DNA of 64,000 nt from assembly GCA_963791005.1 (NCBI GenBank), contig CAWBQR010000020.1:47322-111321 (forward strand). The letters run 5' to 3'. Numbering within the stretch: the stretch's first letter is position 1; every line of letters begins with the position of its first letter. The translations under genes and the position numbers were made by a program. This stretch comes from an uncultured delta proteobacterium. Its GTDB lineage: Bacteria > Desulfobacterota > Desulfuromonadia > Desulfuromonadales > CAWBQR01. A model generated the notes under the pieces. The model did no database searches, was not told where the DNA came from, and saw only the letters and a program-made list of their open reading frames with translations. Below are positions 1 to 9,486 of the stretch, piece after piece.

Positions 1-2
1 AG

Positions 3-950
3 AAGTCCTCTTTTCCCGGCATCGAAGGGGCTCTTTCCCCCTTTCTGGAGGCCCTGCCGGACGGAGAGTCGGCCGCGCCGGCGCCGGCCAATGTCCCCGT
101 CGCCCCGGCCCCCGGCCGAAACGGTTGGGCCTCTTCACTCCCGGTGGCGTACGTAACCCGGGTCTTTCGGGCCGTCCCATACTCCCACCCAGACGCCTCG
201 GCGCTGATGGTCCTGGCCCGGCTGCTGCGCGCCGGCTACCTGCACCGTGAAATCCGGGAAAAGGGCGGCGCCTATGGCGGGATGGCCACCTTCGATCCCG
301 AGGCGGGGCTCTTTTCCCTTCTCTCCTACCGGGACCCCCAGCTGACCCGCACCCTCGAAGTCTACCGGCAGGGGGCCGCCTGGGCCGCGGAGGGGAATTT
401 CAGCGCGGAGGAGATCAAGGAGGCGATCCTGGCGGTCTTCAGCGACCTCGACCGGCCCCTGTCGCCCGGCGGCAAGGGCTCCCGGGAATTCGCCTACCTG
501 CGCCAGGGCCTGACCCCCGAGATGCGCCGCAAACTGCGCGAGGGTGTTCTGGCCACCGACGGAGAAAAGCTCTCTGAGGTCGCCCGCCGCTACCTGCTGG
601 ATGGATGGGACGGCAGCGCCGTCGGCGTCATCGCCGGAGAAGAGGCCCTGAAAAAGGCGAACGAGGAGCTGGGGCGAGAGAAGTTGGAGGTGGAGAGGAA
701 TCTGAGGGACGAGGGACGAGGGACGAGGGACTGGGGACTGGGGACTGGGGACTGGGGAGTGGGGAGTCGGGAGCGGGAGTGGGGAGCTGGGAGCGGGAGT
801 CGGGAGTCGGGAGTCGGGAGTCCTTATCCACCGACCAGTGGCAAAAAACCAGTCCATGATCCCCAGTCCCTGCCTTTTGCTAGCCCCTGCCTCTTTTGGT
901 CTGTCTCGTCGGCTCGGCGTTCCAGGGGTCGTCGGGCCAGGGATGCTTAG
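3..950 (+). CDS. M16-family (insulinase/PreP-like) metallopeptidase, C-terminal portion; 5' end outside window, true 3' end uncertain
   Basis: Frame is open from base 3. ORF 144..950 (...LARLLRAGYLHREIREKGGAYGG...LLSYRDPQL...) looks like the C-terminal domain of M16C peptidases. Codons after ~704 are read-through of a heptamer array and overlap the hrpB 3' end, so the real stop is probably near 700. Confidence 0.7.
   Translation, partial: KSSFPGIEGALSPFLEALPDGESAAPAPANVPVAPAPGRNGWASSLPVAYVTRVFRAVPYSHPDASALMVLARLLRAGYLHREIREKGGAYGGMATFDPEAGLFSLLSYRDPQLTRTLEVYRQGAAWAAEGNFSAEEIKEAILAVFSDLDRPLSPGGKGSREFAYLRQGLTPEMRRKLREGVLATDGEKLSEVARRYLLDGWDGSAVGVIAGEEALKKANEELGREKLEVERNLRDEGRGTRDWGLGTGDWGVGSREREWGAGSGSRESGVGSPYPPTSGKKPVHDPQSLPFASPCLFWSVSSARRSRGRRARDA
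704..820. repeat. Tandem heptamer array, 17 units (GAGGGAC x4, TGGGGAC x3, TGGGGAG/TCGGGAG variants, two 6-nt units)
   Basis: Unit-by-unit reading of bases 704-820. Lies between the convergent M16 peptidase and hrpB genes. Confidence 0.95.
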
Positions 951-3367
951 GGTAGCGACCCTTCATCTCCTTCCTGACCTCGGGGTAGACGTCGTTCCAG
1001 AAGCTGCGCAGGTCGCGGGTGACGGCCAGGGGGCGGCCGGCGGGGGAGAGGAGGTGGATGAGGACCGGCACCGTGCCGTCGACGACGGTCGGGGTTTCGG
1101 CGAAGCCGAAGAGCTCCTGGAGCTTGCAGGCGAGGACCGGGCCGTCCTCGGCTTCGTAGTCGAGGCGGATGTTCGAGCCGCTCGGCACCTCCAGCCGCTC
1201 GGGGGCGAGGCGCGCCAGTTCCTGCTGGCGCTGCCAGCCGAGAAGGGACCTTCAGGGCGGCGACCAGGTCGACCTTGCGCAAGGCATCGAGGCTGGTGAC
1301 CCCGGCGAGATAGGGCGCCAGCCACTCCTCCAGGCTCGCCAGCAGCGCCGCATCGGCAAGGTCGGGCCAGTCGCTGCGCCGGCGGGCGACCAGCATGGCC
1401 CGCGCCCGCAGCTGGCGCGCCGCCGGGCTCCAGTCGAGGAGCTCCAGACCGCCGGCGACGCAGCAGCGCCAACAGCGCGGGGACCGTATCCCCGGGCCCG
1501 GCCGCCGCCGGCCGCTCCTGCAGGGGAAGCTCGCCGAGGCGGCGCACCTCGCGGGCCACCACCCGCCCGGCGCGGTCGTCCCAGTCGACCTCGCGCTGCC
1601 AGGAAAGCGCGGCGCCGAACAGTTCCTCCACCGCCTCCCGAGAAAGCACGTTCGCCAGCCGGATCTCCCCCTCCCCGCCCGGCCTGCCGGCCACCTCCAC
1701 CGCCACCAGCCACTCCCCCCCCTTGACCGCCGAGCGCGGCGAAAGCCGGCCGCCGAAACCGCCGCTGAACAGGTAGCGACCGCTGCCGGGCTCGCGCTGC
1801 CGGCCGATGCGGTCGGGAAAGGCCAGCGCCAGCAGCCGCCCGACGCTTTCGGCATCGGCGGCCGGTTCCCTCCCGGCGACGCCCAGCTTCTCCCGCCAGT
1901 AGCGCGCCGCCCGCGCCGCGCTCTCGTGGCCGCGGCGACGCAGCAGCTCCAGCCGGTCGAGCAGGTCGCTGTCGCTCGCCCGGTCCGGGCCGCTCGCCGC
2001 CGGCGCAGGTCCCGCTCGGCGAGAAGGGCGGCGAGGTCGGCGCCGAGGCCGGGGGTCCCCGCGGCCTGGGCGGCGAGCAGCAGCCGGGCGAGGCGCGGAT
2101 GGGCGGGGAGCTGCGCCATGCTGTTCCGCCGAGGGCGGTCAGCTGTCCGGCCTCGTCGAGGGCGCCGAGAGTCTGCAGCAGCGAACGCGCCCCGGCCAGG
2201 TGCCCGGCCGGCGGCGGGTCGAGCCAGGCGAGCTGCTGCGCGTCGGCCACCCCCCAGCGGGCCAGCTCCAGGGCGAGCGGCGCCAGGTCGGCGCTGCGGA
2301 TCTCCGGCGGCGTGAAGGGCAGGAGCGCCCCGTGGGTCCCCTCGCTCCAGAGCCGGTAGCAGAAGCCCGGGGCCGAGGCGCCCGGCGCGGCCGGCGCGCT
2401 GCTCGGCGCTGGCCCGGGAGATGCGCACCGTCTCCAGGCGGGTCATGCCGCGGGCGGCGTCGAAGCGCGGCCGGCGCTCCAGCCGGCGTCGATGACCACC
2501 GCCACCCCCTCGATGGTCAGGCTGGTCTCGGCGATGTTGGTGGCCAGCACCACCTTGCGCCGCGGGCCGGGCAGGATCGCCCGCTCCTGCTCGGCGAAGG
2601 GGAGATCGCCGTAGAGGGGGCGGACATCGACCTTGCCGTCCGAGGTCGGCCAGCGGCCGTGGCGCAGCGGCGGATCTCGAAGAGCCCGGGGAGAAAGACC
2701 AGCAGGTCGCCCTCCGTTTCGCCCGAGCGCCCGCCGCACCGCCGCCGGAACGGTGTCCGCCACCCGCCCCTGCCGGGTCCCGCGCCGAGGTAGCGCACCT
2801 CGACCGGGTAGCTGCGCCCGGCGCTGCTGATCCGCGGGCAGTCGCCGAGCAGCCGCGCCACCGGCTCGGCGTCGAGGGTCGCCGACATGACCAGCAGCTT
2901 CAGGTCCTCGCGCAGGCCGAGCTGGGCGTCGCGGCACAGGGCCAGGGCGAGGTCGGAATTGAGGTTGCGCTCGTGGAACTCGTCGAAGATCACCAGTCCG
3001 ACGCCGGCGAGCTCCGGGTCGGCCTGCAGGCGGCGGGTGAGAATCCCCTCGGTGACCACCTCGATGCGGGTCGCTTTCGACACCTTGCGTTCGTAGCGGA
3101 TGGCGTAGCCGACCGTCTGCGCCGACCGTCTCGCCGCGCTCTTTCGCCATAAAGCGCGCGGCGTTGCTGGCCGCCAGCCGCCGCGGCTCGAGCATGAGGA
3201 TGCGAGCGCCGGCCAGCCACGGCTCGTCGAGAAGCGCCAGGGGCACCCGGGTGGTCTTGCCGGCGCCGGGCGGGCGCCTCGAGGACCGCCGCCGGGTGGG
3301 CGGCAAGGGCTTGGCGGAGTACGGTGAGAACGGCGTCGATGGGCAGGGGTGAGGGCATAGTGGGCAT
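880..3367 (-). pseudogene. hrpB: ATP-dependent RNA helicase HrpB, reading frame broken several times (as sequenced)
   Basis: Collinear minus-strand fragments: N-terminus MPSPLPIDAVL (frame of 2990..3436), DEAH-type box VIFDEFHERNL and VMSATLD (2517..3083), HrpB C-terminal domain ...KEMKGRYPKHPWPDDP (880..1188). The middle part is recoverable only by switching frames. Confidence 0.85.
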
Positions 3368-3464
3368 GAAGATTATGAATTGATGGAGGAGTAATTTCGT
3401 GAACGGTGATCCGTTATCCGTGAACCGAAAAATCACAATCCAGTTCCCGCTTCACGGCCCGCAA

Positions 3465-3576
3465 CTCACGGTTCACGGTTCACGGTTCACGGTTCACGGC
3501 TCACGGCTCACGGCTCACGGCTCACGGCTCACGGCTCACGGCTCACGGCTCACGGCTCACGGCTCACGGCTCACGC
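3465..3576. repeat. Tandem heptamer array, 16 units (CTCACGG x1, TTCACGG x4, CTCACGG x10, CTCACGC x1)
   Basis: Direct reading. The last unit contains the stop codon (3571-3573) of the M20 peptidase gene. Inverted copies (CGTGAAC) sit at 3398-3404 and 3419-3425, upstream of the hrpB start. Confidence 0.95.
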
Positions 3577-4707
3577 CTCCCGAAGGACCTCCACCAGCAG
3601 CTCGGCCACCCGGACCATGTCGTCGACGCTGACCGACTCCTCCACGGAGTGCACCTGGGTCATGCCGGTGCCGAGGATGACCGTCTCGATGCCGTGGCCG
3701 TTATAGATGTTGGCGTCGGAGCCGCCCCCCGCGCCACGTACCTCGACTTTCCTTCCCAGGCGTTCGGCGGCCGCCTCCACCAGGCGGACGACGGGAGCCT
3801 CCCGGTCGATCGCCATTCGCGGGTACTCGGCCGTTACGTCCACCTTCACCTCGGCTTCCAGGCGCTCCCCGTCGACCTCCCGGGCCAGGCTCCGGGCCGC
3901 CTCCCGAAAACAGTCGACCATGTGCTCGGTCTGGCGGGCCAGCTTCTCAGGGTCGTGGCTGCGCGCCTCGCCTTCGATCACCACCCGCCTGGGGACGATG
4001 TTGGTCGCCTGCCCTCCTTCGATGGTGCCGATGTTGGCGGTGGTTTCCTCGTCGATGCGCCCCAGGCGCATGACGGCGATGGCCCGGGAGGCCACCTCTA
4101 TGGCGGAGAGGCCCTTCTCTGGGGCGATGCCGGCATGGGACTCCCGACCGGAAACCTCGATTCGAAGCTTGTTGGCGCCCGGGGCCTTGTGGATGAGGAG
4201 GTCCACTCCGGAGGTGTCCAGAGCCAGACCCCGGCGGGACCGGATCCTTCCCGTGTCGAGGAGCTTGGCGCCGACCAGGCCCACTTCCTCGGCGATGGTG
4301 ACCACCACCTCAATCGGCCCGTGGGGAATCTCCCTCTCCCGGACGACCTCCAGGGCCTCGATGATCTCGGCGATCCCCGCCTTGTCGTCGGCGCCGAGGA
4401 CCGTCTCCCCGGCACTGGTGAAAACCCCGTCCCGCAGGACGGGCGCCACCCCGTCGGCAGGCTCGACGGTGTCCATGTGGGCCGAGAGCATCAGCGGTTC
4501 TCCGTCCCCTCCCCGCGCGGGGAAAAGGGCCACCAGGTTGCCGCTCTGCCCGCCGGACCTCTTTCCGGCGTCGTCCATCGAGACCTCGGCCCCCAGGCGG
4601 CGGAAGCGGTCGAGCAGATATCGGGAAATCTCTCCCTCCCGAAAGGAGGGGCTGGCGATGGCCGCCAGCCGGGAGAACTCGTCACTCAGGCGGTTTCTGT
4701 CGATCAT
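3571..4707 (-). CDS. M20-family peptidase (PepT/tripeptidase-like)
   Basis: Intact ORF with M20 hallmarks SAHMDTV, GADDKAG, EEVGLVGA and GGSDAN. Start placed at ATG 4707, which follows GAGGAG; ATG 4728 is the alternative. Confidence 0.85.
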   Translation of the reverse strand: MIDRNRLSDEFSRLAAIASPSFREGEISRYLLDRFRRLGAEVSMDDAGKRSGGQSGNLVALFPARGGDGEPLMLSAHMDTVEPADGVAPVLRDGVFTSAGETVLGADDKAGIAEIIEALEVVREREIPHGPIEVVVTIAEEVGLVGAKLLDTGRIRSRRGLALDTSGVDLLIHKAPGANKLRIEVSGRESHAGIAPEKGLSAIEVASRAIAVMRLGRIDEETTANIGTIEGGQATNIVPRRVVIEGEARSHDPEKLARQTEHMVDCFREAARSLAREVDGERLEAEVKVDVTAEYPRMAIDREAPVVRLVEAAAERLGRKVEVRGAGGGSDANIYNGHGIETVILGTGMTQVHSVEESVSVDDMVRVAELLVEVLREA

Positions 4708-4840
4708 CTTTCTCCTCGTTCGAAACATAAAAAAATTTTTTCCGACCGCAGATTCACGCGGATAAAATCGAAAGACCTCTCACATGGGACTTCGGCCCAC
4801 CCGAATCCATAAAAAGCATCTCTCGCACGATTCCTTCCCG

Positions 4841-4919
4841 TCGCTGGAGCAGGCGGAGAAAAACCTGATTTTGGCCTTCCTCTGTGCCTCTGCGCCTCTA
4901 GTGAGCGAAGCGAACGGCC
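4841..4919. repeat. Dispersed palindromic intergenic element, copy A (inverted relative to copy B at 53119-53228)
   Basis: The reverse complement of 4841-4919 (ggccgttcgcttcgctcactagaggcgcagaggcacagaggaaggcc...) aligns base for base, with few mismatches, to 53124-53205. Confidence 0.8.
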
Positions 4920-5175
4920 GAGAAAAAGAATTAATCCGGGGAAGAGCAAGTAGACGTACACAGCCAAGATATCATTCTGTATCGCGTCTGGCGTTTCATT
5001 TCAACACAATACCGCCACAGGGGAGCAGAAAATAAAGATTTTTTCTTTCCCCGGGCGGCATTCGAGTGCTGGACAAAGGGGGGGCGACCTGTTAACATGA
5101 GCCCGCGCTTTCTCAAGGCCGGGGGATTCCCGCCCTTTCCATTCAATCCAATGTATTTCCCGAGGGTAAACATAA

Positions 5176-6489
5176 ATGAATATCGACTTTAATCCCCCCA
5201 ACCGCGCCGACGCCCCCCCAAGGCGCTCCCGCTGGCCCTTTCTCCTGCTGATCCTGACGCTGGCCGCCGCCGCCGGCGGCTTTTTTCTCAATACCCGGCT
5301 CCCCGTCACCGATTCGGAAGCTCGTCCCGAGGCAGCGCAAGCGTCGCCCTCCCCTCCCCCGGCGCCCGAGGTCCGCAAAGAGGTCGTCAAGGGGGAATTC
5401 AATTCCGGAGACACCATTGCCGGCCTTCTGGGCCGGTACTTCTCCCCCCAGGAGATCCACCAGCTCGCCACGGAGAGTCGCAAGGTATTTCCGCTTTCCG
5501 GCATCTGCGCCGGCCAGTCTTATCAAATCTGCCTCACCAACGGGGCCTTCGACAGGCTGAGCTTCGATATCGACCAGGGCGACCAGCTCGTTATCCGCAA
5601 AGAGGAAGACGGGTTCAACGTCTCACGGATTCCCATTCCTTATACCGTGAAGGAACAGCTCGTCTCCGGCGAGATCTCCTCCAGTCTCTTCGAAAGCGTG
5701 GAGAGCATCGGCGAGACTCCAGAGCTGGCCATGTCCCTCGCAGACATCTTTGCCTGGGACATCGACTTCATCCGGGACATCCGCTCCGGGGATTCCTACA
5801 GGATCCTGCTCGAAAAGCGTTTCCGGGACGGGAAACCGGCCGGATACGGCCGCATCCTGGCCGCCGAATTCACCAACCAGGGCGACACTTACCGGGCCTT
5901 TCTCTACCGCGACGGCGACAACCCGCCCGCTTATTACGATGCCGATGGCAACAGCCTGCGAAAGGCCTTCCTGAGGGCGCCTCTATCCTTCACCCGGATT
6001 TCTTCGGGGTACTCCATGCACAGGTTTCATCCCATCACCAAAACCTGGAAGGCGCATCCGGCCATCGACTATGCCGCCCCCGTCGGCACTCCGATCAAAA
6101 CCGTCGGAGACGGCACGATCTACGAGATCGGCTACAACCGCTTCAACGGCAACTACATCAAGATTCGCCACAACAACGGCTACGTATCGATCTATCTCCA
6201 CATGTGCCGTTTCTCCAGGGGGATGCGACGGTACAAACGGGTTTCCCAGGGGCAGGTGATCGGTTATGTCGGCGCCACCGGCCTGGCCACCGGCCCCCAT
6301 CTCTGCTTCCGCATGCGGAAGAACGGCGCGCCGGTGAATCCCAACAAAATCAGGAGCGCGGCGGCGGCGCCGATTTCGAAAAAGCACCTGTCCGAATTCG
6401 AAAGCTCCATCAGGCCACTCATCGCCGACCTCCGGGGAGGCGAGGTGCTGCAGGCCAAGGCGGAGACCTCTCCCGGAGAGGGACAGTAA
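5176..6489 (+). CDS. M23-family peptidoglycan metalloendopeptidase with N-terminal membrane anchor
   Basis: 437-aa intact ORF. Hydrophobic segment WPFLLLILTLAAAAGGFFL; M23 motifs HPAIDYAAPVGTPI and ATGPHLCF. The usual HxH reads HLC here. Confidence 0.85.
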   Translation: MNIDFNPPNRADAPPRRSRWPFLLLILTLAAAAGGFFLNTRLPVTDSEARPEAAQASPSPPPAPEVRKEVVKGEFNSGDTIAGLLGRYFSPQEIHQLATESRKVFPLSGICAGQSYQICLTNGAFDRLSFDIDQGDQLVIRKEEDGFNVSRIPIPYTVKEQLVSGEISSSLFESVESIGETPELAMSLADIFAWDIDFIRDIRSGDSYRILLEKRFRDGKPAGYGRILAAEFTNQGDTYRAFLYRDGDNPPAYYDADGNSLRKAFLRAPLSFTRISSGYSMHRFHPITKTWKAHPAIDYAAPVGTPIKTVGDGTIYEIGYNRFNGNYIKIRHNNGYVSIYLHMCRFSRGMRRYKRVSQGQVIGYVGATGLATGPHLCFRMRKNGAPVNPNKIRSAAAAPISKKHLSEFESSIRPLIADLRGGEVLQAKAETSPGEGQ

Positions 6490-6550
6490 TTTCTGAATAC
6501 AGGTGGTTTGAAGATTGTGCCCGACTTTAGGCACGTTGCAGATACCCAGG

Positions 6551-6629
6551 GTGAGGTGTGAGGTGTAATTCTTCAACCACATCCAAGGCATTGGTCTTTC
6601 CCCTCACCCCTGACTCCTCACTCCTCACG
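6551..6629. repeat. Inverted heptamer arrays: (GTGAGGT)x2.5 at 6551-6568 facing (CCTCACN)x4 at 6602-6629; can fold as a long hairpin after the M23 gene
   Basis: Direct reading. The arms are reverse complements at the unit level and are separated by a 33-nt spacer. Confidence 0.8.
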
Positions 6630-6653
6630 GTTTAATACCCTCGGAGGGTCCAC

Positions 6654-7965
6654 ATGGCGCTCAAACTCGGAGAAATGCTCATTCGGGAGGGTCTGCTCAC
6701 CTCCGCCCAACTCGAAGAGGCGCTCAAATACCAGGTCATCTTCGGCGGCAAACTCGGCACCAACCTGATCGAGATGGGACTGGTTGAGGAGAACGCCCTT
6801 GCCAGGGTCCTGAGCCGGAAGCTTGGGGTCCCCTGTGCCGAAGAATCCGAGCTGATGAGAATTTCACCCGAGGTCATCAAGCTCATCCCGAAGGATATCG
6901 CGGCCAGGTACAAGGTCATCCCCCTGCGGCTGGAAAATCGAAGACTCACCCTGGTCATGGCCGACCCCACCGACCTCAAGGCGATCGATGAGAATCGCCT
7001 TCCGGACCGGCTTTCTGGTCCGGCCGGCCCTGACTCCGGAGGTGCGCCTCATCCTGGCTCTGGAAAAATACTACGACATCGAAAGAGGCATCCGCTATAT
7101 CAACGCGGCAAAAAAATCTTCGGCCAGCCCTGCCCACCGGCCAGCCCCCCCCCCTCCCCAACGGACACCGGTAAAGGCGGCACCCTCCCCTGCCCGACCC
7201 ACGCCTGCCCGGCCGACCTCAGGGATCCAGCCTCCTCGCCGGCTGGCTGCGGAGCCGGGGGCGACGCCGAAGGCCACGCCTTCTCCCTCACGGGCCCCCG
7301 CAGCGAAACCGGCGCCCCAGGTCAGGCCCGCCCTCCGGCCAGCTCCGCAGGCCCGGGCTGCGCAGGTGTCCCCTGTGGCGGGATCCCTCGCCCAGTCCCT
7401 CGCCGCGGCTGAAATGCCCCCGGACGAGTCACCGGCCGAAATCGTCATTCCGATCCTCGAACCCATCGCCGAAGAGCGCCTCACTCTCGAATCGGTGTTG
7501 CGGAAATTGACCGAGGCCCGCGACCGGGACGACATCGCCGAAGTCCTTGCCGGATACCTGGGGCAGGAATTTCCCCGCGGAGCCCTCTTCCTGGTGCGGG
7601 GCAACGCCGCCATGGGATGGAAGGCCGTGACGGGAGCGCGCCTGATCCCCGGATTCGAGGGGCTCGAAATCCCCCTGGATGAGCCTTCGGCCCTGAAGAC
7701 GGTGACCGACAGCAAGAGCTTCTACCTCGGCCCTCTTGCCCGGACACCCTTCAATTCCATGATGATTCAGGCCTTCGGCGATGGCGTTCCCGATACGGCC
7801 CTCCTGGTGCCGATGCTGATGATGGGCCGGGTGGTCGGCATACTGTACGTTGACGGCAAAAACCTCAATCTGGGCGAGAGCCTCCCCGACTTGCAGAACC
7901 TGACGACCAAGGCGTCCATGGCCTTTGAAATCCTGGTATTGAAGAGCAAGATATTATCGATGTAA
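6654..7965 (+). pseudogene. MshEN (T2SSE_N)-domain protein with Pro-rich linker and GAF-like C-terminal domain; one frameshift near 6986 (as sequenced)
   Basis: ORF 6654.. begins MALKLGEMLIREGLLTSAQLEEALKYQ. The domain continues in ORF 6988..7965 (IAFRTGFLVRPALTPEVRLILALEKYY). An extra A in 'gagaatc' explains the break. Confidence 0.75.
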
Positions 7966-8010
7966 TTTCTTCGCCACCCCTTCGAGGGTTCCGGGGACGG
8001 AGAAGGGCAC

Positions 8011-8346
8011 ATGAACACTATCCGATTTACCCTGCTGCTGACGCTGGTCCTCCTGGCCGGATGCCGGACGATGGACCGGCCGGCGAGAGCCGCGGAGGAA
8101 GCTCCCAAAACCGCGATCGAAGGGACCTCCTTCGCATTCACCGGCACCGTGGTCTTCGTACCCCTTGAAGGCGGCTTCTACGGCATCGTCGGCGACGACG
8201 GGCGGCGTTACGATCCGCTCAACTTGCCCGAAGCCCTGCGGCGCGACGGGGTTAGAGTCCGGGTCAAGGCCCGTCTACCGCAGCGCGGGGCGAGCTTCCA
8301 CATGTGGGGCAAAAGAATCGAAATCGTTGAGATAAAGACCCTGTAA
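8011..8346 (+). CDS. Small lipoprotein, unknown function
   Basis: 111-aa ORF with a signal peptide and lipobox LLAGC. Its stop overlaps the next start by 1 nt. Confidence 0.6.
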   Translation: MNTIRFTLLLTLVLLAGCRTMDRPARAAEEAPKTAIEGTSFAFTGTVVFVPLEGGFYGIVGDDGRRYDPLNLPEALRRDGVRVRVKARLPQRGASFHMWGKRIEIVEIKTL

Positions 8347-9428
8347 TGAGCGAAGACAACGTCATAAGCCTCTTCAAGAAAGGCAACCGGCTGTTCAAGG
8401 CGAACCGCTGCGCCGAGGCACGCATGGTGTTCGAGGAAGCCCTTTCCCTCGACGGAGACAATCCCTACGTGCTCACCGGCATGGGGGACGTCCTGAGGAA
8501 AATGAGGGAATTTTCCAAGGCGGGCGAATATTATTGCCGGGTGCTCGACCGGGAACCTCACAACCTTTTTGCCCTGCGGGGCATGGGGGACGCCTGCCGG
8601 GAGCGGGGAAGGTTCGAGGAAGCCATAACCCGGTGGGATGAATACCTGCGAATCCGGCCCAACGACATTTTCGTCCTGACCAGGATTGCCGACAGCTACA
8701 AGATGCTCGGCCGAATCCGGGACGCAGAGGACTATTACTACCGCAGCCTTCACCTCAACCCCCGTGACCGCTATGCCCTGATGGGGATCGCCGACCTGTT
8801 TCAAAAAGACGGTCAGGACGCCCTGGCCATCGAATATTATGAAAAACTGGTGACGCTGGGGGGGGATTTCATCCACATCCTCACCATCCTTGGTAACCTC
8901 TACCGTCACCGCGGCGAGTTCAACAAGGCCCGGGAGTACTACACCAGGGCTCTGGAACAGGAAGAGGACAACCAGTACGCCCTCTACGGTCTGGGAGAGG
9001 TCTGCCGGTGGAACCTGGACTATGCCGGGGCCATTGCCTACTGGGAAAGGATCCTGGAAAAGAAGCCCGGAACGGTGAAGATGCTCACCCGCTTGGGGGA
9101 CCTCTACCGAAAGGTGGGAGACTTCGAGGCCTCCGAAAGGACCTTTCTGAGCGCCCTGGAGCGGGAACACGACAAATATGCCCTGATCGGGCTGAGCAAG
9201 CTATACTGTCTGAAAGGGAAGGTGGCGGCCGCTTTGACGTGGTACGAACGGTTGCTGGGAAAGGAAGGGGAGGACCTGCGGTACTTTATCGAGCTCGGGG
9301 ACCTTCTTGTGCAGACGGGCAGGAAGAAGGAAGCCGCGGCCTTCTACCGCGGGGTTCTCGCCCTGCAGGGGAACAACCCACAAGCCTGCCGGCTCATCGA
9401 AAGCCTGCTGGAAAAACTGGGGCACTGA
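8346..9428 (+). CDS. Tetratricopeptide (TPR) repeat protein
   Basis: 360-aa intact ORF with about 34-aa repeats (A..Y/F...L...P.N..AL.GLG) repeated throughout. Confidence 0.8.
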   Translation: MSEDNVISLFKKGNRLFKANRCAEARMVFEEALSLDGDNPYVLTGMGDVLRKMREFSKAGEYYCRVLDREPHNLFALRGMGDACRERGRFEEAITRWDEYLRIRPNDIFVLTRIADSYKMLGRIRDAEDYYYRSLHLNPRDRYALMGIADLFQKDGQDALAIEYYEKLVTLGGDFIHILTILGNLYRHRGEFNKAREYYTRALEQEEDNQYALYGLGEVCRWNLDYAGAIAYWERILEKKPGTVKMLTRLGDLYRKVGDFEASERTFLSALEREHDKYALIGLSKLYCLKGKVAAALTWYERLLGKEGEDLRYFIELGDLLVQTGRKKEAAAFYRGVLALQGNNPQACRLIESLLEKLGH

Positions 9429-9486
9429 AGGGTCTGAAGGAACGTCCTCCTCCGATCCCCAACCGGCCCGGGAGCAGCGTCACCTC

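Noticed and set aside
947-2446. 499-aa minus-strand ORF, plus 963..1706, 1252..2250 and 1395..2315 overlapping the hrpB region
   Set aside because: Arg/Ala/Gly/Pro-dominated translations typical of off-frame reading of very GC-rich DNA. The region is explained by frame-switching HrpB homology.
704-3576. CRISPR interpretation of the tandem arrays
   Set aside because: Units are 7-10 nt and directly abutting, with no unique spacers and no cas genes in the window.
3399-3632. ORFs translating the tandem arrays (HGSRLTAHGSRLT...; also 605..859+ and 628..831-)
   Set aside because: The periodic peptides are simply the heptamer arrays read in frame. There is no start context and no non-repeat body.
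3649-4812. 387-aa and 352-aa plus-strand ORFs antisense to the M20 peptidase gene
   Set aside because: Shadow ORFs with low-complexity Gly/Pro/Arg/Ser composition. The opposite strand carries clear M20 motifs.
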